This document shows positions 28,227 to 36,449 of a stretch of DNA of 64,000 nucleotides, piece by piece. The notes beneath the pieces are model-generated. The model saw only the letters and a program-made list of their open reading frames with translations. It did no database searches and was not told where the DNA came from. A program made the translations under genes and the position numbers. Numbering within the stretch: position 1 is the first letter of the stretch; every line of letters starts with the position of its first letter. This DNA is from Bryobacterales bacterium (lineage in GTDB: Bacteria; Acidobacteriota; Terriglobia; Bryobacterales; Bryobacteraceae), in the NCBI GenBank assembly GCA_963745995.1, contig CAVUZF010000005.1, forward strand, positions 1,266,568 to 1,330,567, given 5' to 3'.

Positions 28227-29064
28227 TCAGTGCGTCACCGGCCTGGTTTTTGAAGCGGCTGCGCTGATTTCCTGGCCCACGGCGTCCTGAGTCTCCATCA
28301 TGGTGGTCCGCATAATGTTTCGGGATAGGCGTTCCGCCAGCGGCTGGATCAGCCAGCGAAACGCCAGCGGAATGCTCGCGGCTCAAGTCCATCAATTCGA
28401 TCTCAACGTACACTCCGTCGTCACGCTGTTCGACCCGCGTTATGGTGAATGTCCGCCAGACGTAACCCGGTCCGTGATCCTCCGGAAATGCGTGCTCGCC
28501 GGGTTGCCCATAGTCGGCGATCTCCTGCACCCGGACGGAATTGCTCAAGCTGTATGCCCTGCTGGCGTCCAGCCTTGTGATGTCGACATCGTTGTCGGTT
28601 TCCACAGCGGCGGTAACGGAATAAGCCTTCTGCACCATCAGCAGGGTTACCTTCTCATGGCCCGGTGTTTGCGTGAGCAGCCTTGATTTCGCCACCATGG
28701 GTTTATAGAAATCCTTGTAGCGTTCGTAATCAGCGAGCACGCCCAATACCTCATCGAGCCTGGCCTTCGGAACGAACACCGCGCCGATCCAGTCATGGAT
28801 CAGTCCGTGCGGCACCGGGTGTGGGCTTTCACCGTCCGCCGGTTCCACCAGAATCTCGCCCGCCCGCACTCGCTGGGCTCGCTCCCGATTCTCATCCACC
28901 CACAGGAAAGGAGCATGGCCACTGGCGCGCTTCTCCATGCGCGTCTTCGCGGCACGAACATAAGCGTCCCAGGCCTGAACCGTCTCGGGCTTGAGATCTA
29001 TCGCGTTTGACAATGCAGGAGCCAGCAGAAGAAAAAGAATTGCGAAGCCAGGTCTGAACCTCAC
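28227..29064 (-). pseudogene. Exported hypothetical protein (START/SRPBCC-like fold suspected), one frameshift; appears fused to the upstream MFS ORF in the six-frame track
   Basis: GTG follows GGGAGG, with signal peptide RFRPGFAILFLLLAPALSNA. After ...VEIELMDLSR the frame shifts at about 28370-28380 into IPLAFRWLIQPLAERLSRNIMRTTMMETQDAVGQEISAAASKTRPVTH, ending at a stop at 28227-28229. The fold guess is weak. Confidence 0.5.
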
Positions 29065-29253
29065 CTTGCGCCGCCTCCCAACAAATCGGGAGAAGAGACT
29101 TGTGAGATTAACGACAATCCGTCGTGGAAGCTTCGCGAGGTCCGTCCCGTATTGCCTTTGGCGCTTCAACCTCTGCTGCTCAGGTCTGGCGTTCACGGTG
29201 ATCGTGGGCATGGCGTTTGCGTTCCCCGGTTTGCCGGCCTGGCGAGCAGCATT

Positions 29254-30852
29254 CAGTGCGCCATCGGCTGGGAAGATTGGCCTTTGTGCGGCCGCTCCGT
29301 AAGAGCAATGATGGGAATCAGGACGAGAACCATCACTGCCAGATATTGAAACACCCGAACCAGCGCCACCATGGCGGCCTGGCGCTCGATCATTCCAAAT
29401 AGCGTGGCATAGGCTTGCTGATCCGCCAACACCGGCCCGGAACCCGCAAATATACCCTTGAGCCCAGCGACCAGCCTCAGCGTCGAAGGGGAGCTCTGAG
29501 GAGATATTGGATACCAGAAAGCTGGTATGTTGCTGTCCCATACGGGTCAGCATGGTTTCCACTAATGAGATGCCCACCCCCCCGCCGATGTTCCGCATCA
29601 TGTTGAACAGCCCTGTGGCATTCCCCATTTTCTCTTTGGGGATGGCGGTCATGGCCAGCACCGTCAGCGGCACAAACACCAATCCCAGCGCGAGACCTTG
29701 CAGGAACTGTGGCCCGAACACATCCCAGAAGCCGACCGTGAGGTTGAATCCCATCAACTGATAGAAAGAAAGAACGAAGCCCACCACTCCACACACAAAT
29801 ACCTTGCGAGGATCGATCCAATTCATCAGAGTGGAAGCCAGTGGCATGGAGATGAGCCCTCCCAATCCCATGGCGACCATGGCGACCCCGGCTTGCAGCG
29901 AGGGATAGCCCAGCAGAGTTTGCAGCCAGAGGGAAATGGTTACCTGGCTCCCATACATCACAAAGACCAGGACCGCGTTGGCCAGGGTGGCAGCCGCGAA
30001 GGACATCCGTCCAAACACACGCAGGTCGGCAACCGGATCGCGTGCCGTCAACTCGCGCGCTATCCAGAAGATGAGCGCTGCCGCGAACGTCACTGCCAGG
30101 AACACGATGTATCGGGAGTCGAACCAATCCGCCTCCTGCCCTTTGTCCAGCATGATCTGGAGCGCCGCCACCCAGATAAACAGTGTGGCCAATCCCCACG
30201 AATCCACCGGCGCCGAGGAACGCCGAATGTAATGGGGATCCTTCACAAACGCTTTGATCATGAGGACGGAAATCACTCCCACGGGCAAGTTGATGTAGAA
30301 GACCCACCGCCATGAGAAGTTGTCGGTCAGCCAGCCGCCCATAACCGGTCCGAGCACTGGCGCTACAATCACCCCCAGCGCCCAGATTGCCATCGCTTTG
30401 CCGTGTTGCTTGGGAGGAAAGGCCTCCAGCAGCACGGCTTGCGACAAGGGTTGCAGGGATCCGCCACAGGCGCCCTGGATAACCCGGAAGGTCACCAGAA
30501 GACCCATGGTAGGGGCGATCCCACACAACAGAGAGGCCACGGTGAAGCCTACCGTGGACACAAAGAGCAGGTTCTTTCGTCCAAAGTGATTGGCCAGCCA
30601 TCCGGAAATCGGAATGACCACTCCATTGGCCACCAAGTACGAAGTCAGCACCCAAGTCGCTTCGCTGGTGGTGGCGGAGAGGCTTCCGGCAATGTGCGTC
30701 AAGGAAACGTTGACGACGGTGGAGTCCAGCACCTCCATGAAGGTCGAAAGCATCACGGCGATAGTGATCAGCCACGGGCCCTCGGCAAAACCCCCGTCGT
30801 GGTGCGTCGCCGCCAACGGATGATGCCTCTCTGCCTGGGAAACGGGCGTCAT
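29254..30852 (-). pseudogene. MFS transporter, DHA2/EmrB-type 14-TMS drug:H+ antiporter, one frameshift near the C-terminus
   Basis: The N-terminal part of the 887-aa ORF is a typical EmrB/QacA-type MFS: LDSTVVNVSL..., GWLANHFGRKN and GACGGSLQP. After ...QQHTSFLVSNI the true continuation ...LKGIFAGSGPVLADQQAYATLFGMIERQAAMVALVRVFQYLAVMVLVLIPIIAL... lies in another frame and ends at 29254-29256. The shift sits at about 29495-29512. Confidence 0.8.
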
Positions 30853-31166
30853 CGGCAGTTCTCGCCAACGGAAATTCCAAGGCGCTCACACAGGGCTCGC
30901 GGGAAGGGGAAGGTGCAGAGGAATCGCCCATGCGCCTGCCAGAGGGAGAGCAGGGCTTTTTCACCAGCGCGGTCCACACAAGTGATTCCATCCAGGTCGA
31001 TTTCGACGGCGTCGCGAGTTGAGCAATACTGGGGGATCGCTTTGGGCAGACATTCCGCCCATTCCCCGACCAACTGTCCATTGACGACGACCTTGGTTCG
31101 GTCCCGGAGATAGAGAATCGTGGTTCGTAACATGACCACGATAAGTGCAGATTCCTCACCAAGCAT
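30849..31166 (-). CDS. Small STAS-like protein (hypothetical)
   Basis: 105 aa with an AGGAG RBS 4 nt before the ATG. Its stop overlaps the MFS start (ATGA). The stretch EIDLDGITCVDRAGEKALLSL resembles the STAS/anti-sigma-antagonist core. Function is unproven. Confidence 0.5.
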   Translation of the reverse strand: MLGEESALIVVMLRTTILYLRDRTKVVVNGQLVGEWAECLPKAIPQYCSTRDAVEIDLDGITCVDRAGEKALLSLWQAHGRFLCTFPFPRALCERLGISVGENCR

Positions 31167-31273
31167 TACTCCTAAGTAAGCCTATTTATTTTATGTACTT
31201 ACAACCAAATGCGACGAGCTCAACGGAGCCGCGACGGCCCAAAGGCCGGCAATTGCCCAATAGTTGGCATTTG

Positions 31274-33376
31274 TCAACTTGATTCGGAAGGGTGATAAGA
31301 CAGTTTGATATTCAGGAGCCGCATTCGATATTGGAGGGTTGTGCGTTTCAGGCCGAGCAGTGCCGCTGCTCCTCCCGGGCCACTAACCCGCCCGTTGGTT
31401 TTCCGCAAGGCTTCGAGGATCGCCTCGCGCTCGATCTCCCGCAGGCTCAGGCTCTTGGCGATTTCCATTGAAGCGCGTTCCATGGTGGACGGTTTCAGTT
31501 CCTCAATGGGCACTTGCAGGCATTCGCCCGTTGTCAATATTACGGCCCGCTCGATGAAGTTTTGCAATTCCCGGATATTCCCGGGCCATGCCCACTCGGT
31601 CATAGCCTGCAACGCAGGAGTGGAAATCTCCTTGATTCTCTTTTTCATGCGCCGGGCGAAGCGAGCCACAAAGTATTCCACCAGCAGGGGAATGTCTTCC
31701 CGCCTCTCGCGCAGGGGGGGCAACTGGATGGGAAAAACCGCCAACCGATAATAGAGGTCCTCGCGAAACTCTCCACTCTCGACCATTTGGGCAAGATCCC
31801 GGTTGGTGGCGGCAATCAGGCGGGCGTCCACTTTCTGCGTCCGCGTGCTTCCCAGGCGTTCGAATTCCTTTTCCTGCAAGACGCGCAGAAGCTTGGGTTG
31901 AAGATCCAGCCCGATGTCGCCCACCTCGTCGAGGAAAATGCTCCCCCGGTGTGCCAACTCGAAGCGCCCGGCTTTCGCCGCCACCGCTCCCGTAAACGCG
32001 CCGCGCTCGTGCCCGAAGAGGTCGCTCTCCATGAGGCCGGAGGGAACCGCCGCGCAATTCAACTTCACAAACGTATGATCGCGGCGTGAACTCAGGTTGT
32101 GGATCAACCGAGCGACGAGCTCCTTTCCGGTTCCTGTTTCGCCGGTGAGCAGGACGGTGGCGTCGGTCTGGGCAACCACCTCTGCCTTGCTCAGGGTCTC
32201 GCGCAAAACGCGGCTCTTGCTAATGATGTCCTCAACGTTGTGGTCGTAGCGGATCTCATCTTCCAGGTAGGTGATCTCGGTGTTCAGGTGGTTCCGTGCC
32301 TCCGCCAGATTTTCATAGGCCAGAGCGTTTTCGATCGCCATCGCCACCTGGTTGCCGACTTGCACGAGAAAACCCAGCTCTTCTTGCTGGAATGTCGATT
32401 CGTCCGTGCTCGCCAGCGACAAGACGCCCAGCGCCTTGGACCCCGTGACCAAGGGAATGGTGACTCCGGACCGCAGGTTCTCTTCCCGGGCGGGCGAAGC
32501 GAATTGGGCGGGAAGTTGCGCGATATCACTTTGTGTGATGAGCCGGGGGAGGCGGGCGCGGACGTCCGCGACTTCCTCCGGCGTCAGGTCCGTTGACTGG
32601 ATCCTTTCGATGAACCCGCGAGTGCTGGGGAAGTCCATGCCGACGCACCGCAGCCGCGACGTGCCCTCCTCAAACAACCACAAGCCCGTGTACTCATGGT
32701 GGAAGCAAGCGCGCAGCGCGGAGGACACCGCCTGGAAAAGGTCACCCAGTTCCAAGTGCGAAATGACGTTGTTGTTCACTTCTAGCAGCAGCCGCAGGCG
32801 GTCGCGTTCATGCGCCAGAAGTTGCTGATAGGAACGCGCCTCCTCAAAATTCAAGGCATTTTCTACGGCGATGGCCACATGGGCGGCGATCGCCGACATT
32901 AGCTTCAAATCCTCATCGTTATAGTCCTTCTGGTGAGTGGCCCCGAACGTCAGCAGGCCGAGGCGTCGCCGGGGCGAACTTAGCGGAAGGAGGCACAGGG
33001 AGCGAACCCCGTACTGCCGTGCCCGCTCGACGATATCGGCAAACCTAGTCTCCTTCTCGACATCATTGAGAATGATAGGCTTCAGCTCTTCGAGCAGCAT
33101 GGCGGTGATGGCGGGATCGGCCTCCGGAATTTCCGTCGCGATTTCCGGGCTGCCGGCCAGCGTGCCTCCAAAGGCATAGAGGCGAAAGAGCCGGCGCTCC
33201 GGATCGTGCAGGGCCACGCCCAGGAACTCAAAACTGACCATGGCGGGAAGAAAGCGAGCGAGGTCCTCCAGCACTCCGTTCAGGTCTGCCTGTGAGGCAA
33301 TAACGTCAGAGACCTGTTGCAACGCTTCATAGCGCGACTGCTGGCCTGCACCCATTTCATGGTCTTTCAGTTCCAA
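31274..33376 (-). CDS. Sigma-54-dependent transcriptional activator (GAF-GAF-AAA+-HTH_8, FhlA/NtrC class)
   Basis: 700 aa with a TTG start after GGGAGGA. It has two GAF-like N-terminal domains, Walker A GETGTGKE, the sigma-54 contact loop ESDLFGHERGAFTGA, R-finger region motifs, and a C-terminal Fis-type HTH ending AAALLGLKRTTLQYRM. Confidence 0.9.
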   Translation of the reverse strand: MELKDHEMGAGQQSRYEALQQVSDVIASQADLNGVLEDLARFLPAMVSFEFLGVALHDPERRLFRLYAFGGTLAGSPEIATEIPEADPAITAMLLEELKPIILNDVEKETRFADIVERARQYGVRSLCLLPLSSPRRRLGLLTFGATHQKDYNDEDLKLMSAIAAHVAIAVENALNFEEARSYQQLLAHERDRLRLLLEVNNNVISHLELGDLFQAVSSALRACFHHEYTGLWLFEEGTSRLRCVGMDFPSTRGFIERIQSTDLTPEEVADVRARLPRLITQSDIAQLPAQFASPAREENLRSGVTIPLVTGSKALGVLSLASTDESTFQQEELGFLVQVGNQVAMAIENALAYENLAEARNHLNTEITYLEDEIRYDHNVEDIISKSRVLRETLSKAEVVAQTDATVLLTGETGTGKELVARLIHNLSSRRDHTFVKLNCAAVPSGLMESDLFGHERGAFTGAVAAKAGRFELAHRGSIFLDEVGDIGLDLQPKLLRVLQEKEFERLGSTRTQKVDARLIAATNRDLAQMVESGEFREDLYYRLAVFPIQLPPLRERREDIPLLVEYFVARFARRMKKRIKEISTPALQAMTEWAWPGNIRELQNFIERAVILTTGECLQVPIEELKPSTMERASMEIAKSLSLREIEREAILEALRKTNGRVSGPGGAAALLGLKRTTLQYRMRLLNIKLSYHPSESS

Positions 33377-33546
33377 AAGTTCCTCCCGCCGCGTTCCTGC
33401 GCGCCTTTACTTTAACATGGGCGTAAGGCTGGGCCACCGTAGACGAATGGGCAGGTATTGCCCTGTTCAATTTGAAGGGTCGAGGGGACAAAAACGAGAG
33501 TGGTCATTGGCGCACGCCCCTCTCCATTTCTCGATTTGGGGTTTGA

Positions 33547-34081
33547 GCTAAGTTCATTTGTTTTCATACACATAATGGCTGTAATAGTGTAAGTCTTGCA
33601 TTTTCATAGATATAATGGCAAGGCCAAAATCCGACATTTTTTCTACATTTATTTTCAACAACATAATGGCTCTATCCCTCATTTTTGACCCCCGCCTTTT
33701 TCCGACGCCGCGCCCGCAACTTTTCGATAACTCCTTTTGCATCAGGGACATACAATTTTAGGCAGCCTTCCCTGATTTTCGGTAAGTCCTTGTCTTTTCA
33801 TATACATAATGGCAAGCGCCGCTATTTTCCGGGGCTGAGCGCGCCCACCCAGGCGCCCCAAAAGGCTCCCCTCCTGATTTAGGAGGGGCGGCGCGGCTAG
33901 CGCCGGGGTGGTTACTTGCACCTGCGAGTTTATCCGCAAACTCCTTGGTCCCCCCGACAAATGGACCTGACACCTGATACCCCGCACCTTGACACCCGGT
34001 GCTTAGCCTCTGACACCTGGCACCCAATCCATAATTTGTCCGATTTTCACGTGTTTTCAATAACATTCCGGCTTCGAACCC
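33547..34081 (-). repeat. Array of five AT-rich units of about 30 nt (consensus GCCATTATGTnTATGAAAAnAAAnGaACTTA) upstream of the sigma-54 activator
   Basis: Copies on the plus strand lie at 33547-33579, 33587-33619, 33637-33670, 33781-33813 and 34050-34081. Read on the minus strand each contains ATGTnnATGAAAA (or TTGAAAA), and most have (A/G)ACTTA 6-7 nt later. Confidence 0.65.
33968..34019 (+). promoter_or_regulatory. Three direct repeats TGACACC(T/C)G spaced 21-22 bp apart (candidate protein-binding array)
   Basis: TGACACCTG at 33968, TGACACCCG at 33990 and TGACACCTG at 34011. The spacing corresponds to about two helical turns. Confidence 0.3.
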
Positions 34082-34351
34082 AATAAATAATTCTTCAAGC
34101 GTGCGGTAGGGCCGAACAGCGTTCGGCCTGTCGTTGAATTGGGGTCTCCTCCCGAATACACGCCACGCCCGTGAATGAGGGAATCCGCTTTTGAACGGCA
34201 ATTCGACCAGGAGTCAAGGCGGGAGATTTACCGAACGGCACGAGCACACCTCCGTGGAAATAGAGTGTATACCATATCGATACTGTTGTCAAGTAGAATA
34301 AATCAGCGTTAGAGCCTAGAGGCTACTTTGCCCTGAGTTGCAGAGAAAAGG

Positions 34352-34512
34352 AGGTGTCGGGTGCAAAGGAAAAGGGTAAAGCATGAAGGTAAAAGCTAAA
34401 GGGTACAGGATAAGGGCTGAAGTGCAACCCCTGCACATCCGTCATCATTTACCGTTTACCATTTACCCCTTACCATTTACCCCTTACCCTCTACCCTTCA
34501 ACCTTTTCTTTT
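34352..34512. repeat. Heptamer-periodic imperfect palindrome (GGTAAAG-type units facing NNTTACC units around a central hairpin)
   Basis: The left half is GGTAAAG CATGAAG GTAAAAG CTAAAGG GTACAGG ATAAGGG. The centre is GTGCA-ACCCC-TGCAC. The right half is ATTTACC GTTTACC ATTTACC CCTTACC ATTTACC CCTTACC CTCTACC. The outer ends GCAAAGGAAAAGG and CCTTTTCTTTTGC are near-complementary. Confidence 0.6.
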
Positions 34513-34595
34513 GCCCCAACATGCGACACCTGCGGCCGGCGGATTCATTGGCAATTGGATGGCAGGGAAACAGGAAGGTAGGGCGCGCACGCCCC

Positions 34596-34859
34596 TCAGC
34601 GCTCGTATACCTCGCGCCGATGGCCAATGCGCGTGACACTGATAAGCTTGGCCGGGTCGTCGACAATCTACACGACGCGCCAGTCACCTACGCGGACGCG
34701 CCACTGATCTTTGTAGCCTTTCAACTTTTTGCGGCCTGCGGGCCGTGGTGTATCGCGCAAAGAGTCCATTTTGCGCACGACACGGGCCAGCACTTTGTCC
34801 GGCAACGCTTCGAGTTCCTTTCGCGCCGGAGGCTTGACCTCAACAGCGTAGTTACTCAC
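34596..34859 (-). pseudogene. RelE/ParE-family toxin interrupted by an in-frame TAG
   Basis: The sequence YAVEVKPPARKELEALPDKVLARVVRKMDSLRDTPRPAGRKKLKGYKDQWRVRVGDWRVV is followed by TAG (34668-34670) and then IVDDPAKLISVTRIGHRREVYER. This is the canonical RelE/ParE core, with the stop at a position normally occupied by Tyr. Confidence 0.8.
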
Positions 34860-35043
34860 GTAGCCGACCGCGCTTCACTAGATCCGCTTTGATTGTCTCC
34901 AGCGGTATTCCCTTTTCGTTGCGGCGCGATTCCGAAATCAGCCCGTCCCAAAAATCCTCTAACACCGCGCCATATCTCTTCAGGTTGATTTGAACAGCCA
35001 CCTTGCGGCCCTTCGCATCGGTTACGAACTGGATTCCGGTCAT
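34852..35043 (-). CDS. Small antitoxin-like protein paired with the RelE/ParE pseudogene
   Basis: 63 aa starting MTGIQFVTDAKGRKVAVQINLKRYGAVLEDFWDGLISE. It overlaps the toxin start by 8 nt. In the six-frame track it is fused in frame to an upstream VapC N-terminal fragment. Confidence 0.6.
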   Translation of the reverse strand: MTGIQFVTDAKGRKVAVQINLKRYGAVLEDFWDGLISESRRNEKGIPLETIKADLVKRGRLRE

Positions 35044-35166
35044 AGTCGAAGCTCTCCTTACGGCTCTTCTCACTCGGAGTGCTTGCAGTCGCCGGGTCAC
35101 GGCCTCGACTCCGTTGAAGTGGTCAATAACCCAATCGGTGTCAACCAGGAAGGAAGCCAGCGTCAT
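35044..35166 (-). pseudogene. VapC (PIN-domain) toxin, N-terminal fragment only
   Basis: MTLASFLVDTDWVIDHFNGVEAVTRRLQAL is a typical PIN/VapC N-terminus including the first acidic residue. Its ATG overlaps the upstream antitoxin stop (ATGA). The rest of the PIN domain is missing, and the frame runs straight into the next antitoxin. Confidence 0.6.
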
Positions 35167-35399
35167 AGGCGCGGTCCCGGACACGTCGTCACCAGGCGGC
35201 TTTCGTTAACCTCACCCTTGAGTCTTTCTGCGTCAATCAGTCCTGCCCAACCACCAGCCGTGCGAGTGAGAAAATCCACGTCAATCCTCAAAGGCAAACT
35301 AAAAATCGTCACCGTGACCTCCTGGCCCTCTGTCAGCTCGAGCTTTTCCAAGGGCTCCAGGACGCCTCCTGTGTAACTTGCTTTGATTGTTGTGCTCAC
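35163..35399 (-). CDS. DUF104/AF2212-type (VapB-like) antitoxin
   Basis: GTG start. TTIKASYTGGVLEPLEKLELTEGQEVTVTI is the hallmark N-terminus of this antitoxin family. The C-terminal TAGGWAGLIDAERL segment follows. Confidence 0.65.
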   Translation of the reverse strand: MSTTIKASYTGGVLEPLEKLELTEGQEVTVTIFSLPLRIDVDFLTRTAGGWAGLIDAERLKGEVNESRLVTTCPGPRL

Positions 35400-35533
35400 G
35401 TGTTTTTCCTTTGTTTCATAACCCTTGCTCCAGAACACTATTTTAGTATTTCGATTGCCCCTGCCCGCACAAATCTCCTCCGCGTGAACTCGGATGCTGC
35501 CAGGGGGAACCCGCGATCAGGGCTTTAGTGACC

Positions 35534-35747
35534 GCGGGCTTTTCCTTCGACGACAAACCCCACGGTCAATCGCCAAGGCGAATTAGCCGTAGTTACCTCG
35601 GGGTCACACAAGCTCAGGGGTCGTTCGAACCGGTGGATGCGATCACGAGATGCCGGGCTTGCCCTACCGGCGTTCCGGGTGGCGGATGTGGAATCGAGGG
35701 GGGCGGCGAGCCGTCCCCCTACAGGACGGGTTTTGCCGACATCGGGG
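35534..35747. repeat. Copy 1 of a diverged non-coding repeat of about 215 nt within the TA island
   Basis: Alignable by eye with 36450-36665 along its whole length. Shared blocks include GCGGGCTTTTC, CACGGTCAAT, TCGAAC, ATCAC-AGATGCCGGGCTTGCCCT, GTTCCG, ATGTGGAA and ATCGGGG. Stops occur in all frames in at least one copy. Confidence 0.6.
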
Positions 35748-35779
35748 ACACCCGCGTCTTCGAGATCCTTCGCTCCAAA

Positions 35780-35977
35780 CTACTCTTGATGTTTTGCAAT
35801 GAGTTCGCGGACGGCAGGGACAAGATCGTGGGGAACCTTCATGACGGTGTCGTCCGAATCCGCGAATGCCGCTTCATCCTCGGCCACTGCTTCTTCCGGC
35901 GTCTGCTGCTCATAGTGTGCGAGGACGCGGCGAACTCTCTCTTCGTCCCATCCCGCGGGAAATCTACTTTGGATCAT
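35780..35977 (-). CDS. Hypothetical 65-aa acidic protein (possible TA-associated)
   Basis: MIQSRFPAGWDEERVRRVLAHYEQQTPEEAVAEDEAAF...VPHDLVPAVRELIAKHQE. It is a clean ORF directly downstream of the ParD-like gene. No family could be assigned with confidence. Confidence 0.4.
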   Translation of the reverse strand: MIQSRFPAGWDEERVRRVLAHYEQQTPEEAVAEDEAAFADSDDTVMKVPHDLVPAVRELIAKHQE

Positions 35978-36055
35978 ATCTGTCTCCTGCGCCGGCGTCT
36001 CCGGTAAGCACCTAACGGTTTGCCCTTCAATTCGTAGGCGGTAATTTAAGCTGTT

Positions 36056-36325
36056 TCAAAGCTTCTTCTGCGCGCGGTGTTTACGTGCAATCCCGGCGGC
36101 CTCGCTCTTAAGTTCCCTCCAGAACTCTTTGATCAGCGGAATTTCTTCGCCGGATGCCAAGCCTTCAACCAGCAACGCTTCCAGCCGGGCATCCTCCTCC
36201 CTGGCCCGAGCTTCGCGCAACAGGGTGCGGAAGTACTCGCTGACGTTGCCATAATCCTTCGTGGCAACCTGGCGCTCCACAAAGCCCTTAAGCGACTCGG
36301 GGAGGGAGATGGTCACAGTCTTCAT
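36056..36325 (-). CDS. ParD/CopG-type ribbon-helix-helix antitoxin (no ParE partner)
   Basis: MKTVTISLPESLKGFVERQVATKDYGNVSEYFRTLLREARAREEDARLEALLVEGLASGE is the typical ParD4/COG3609 pattern. The ORF is open from 36385, but the internal Met was chosen as the start. Confidence 0.7.
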   Translation of the reverse strand: MKTVTISLPESLKGFVERQVATKDYGNVSEYFRTLLREARAREEDARLEALLVEGLASGEEIPLIKEFWRELKSEAAGIARKHRAQKKL

Positions 36326-36449
36326 CGGCGCGCCGCCAATCTTATCCTCTCGGTGCATTGCGTAGTTTCTCTTACCTATTCCCATTAGATAAGATACTAC
36401 CGGGGCTGGTCGTTGTAAAGCCGTAGCCAGGGTAAGCGCTTTCGTAGTG

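Noticed and set aside
29477-31162. A 561-aa minus-strand ORF overlapping the MFS and STAS-like genes in another frame
   Set aside because: Its composition is Arg/Gly/Pro/His-rich and non-protein-like, and it lies entirely inside well-supported genes. This is a typical shadow ORF of GC-rich DNA.
33547-34081. Whether the AT-rich repeat arrays (33547-34081 and 55878-56155) are CRISPR arrays
   Set aside because: The repeats are imperfect. The spacers are of very unequal length, from about 10 to more than 200 nt. There are no cas genes, and repeat lengths and symmetry do not fit CRISPR.
34668-34670. The idea that the in-frame TAG codons (11542, 34668) reflect stop-codon reassignment or readthrough
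   Set aside because: TAG clearly terminates well-defined genes in the same window (rhaM at 4778-4780 and GH28 at 55280-55282). A third in-frame stop is TAA. Simple nonsense changes or base-call errors are more parsimonious.
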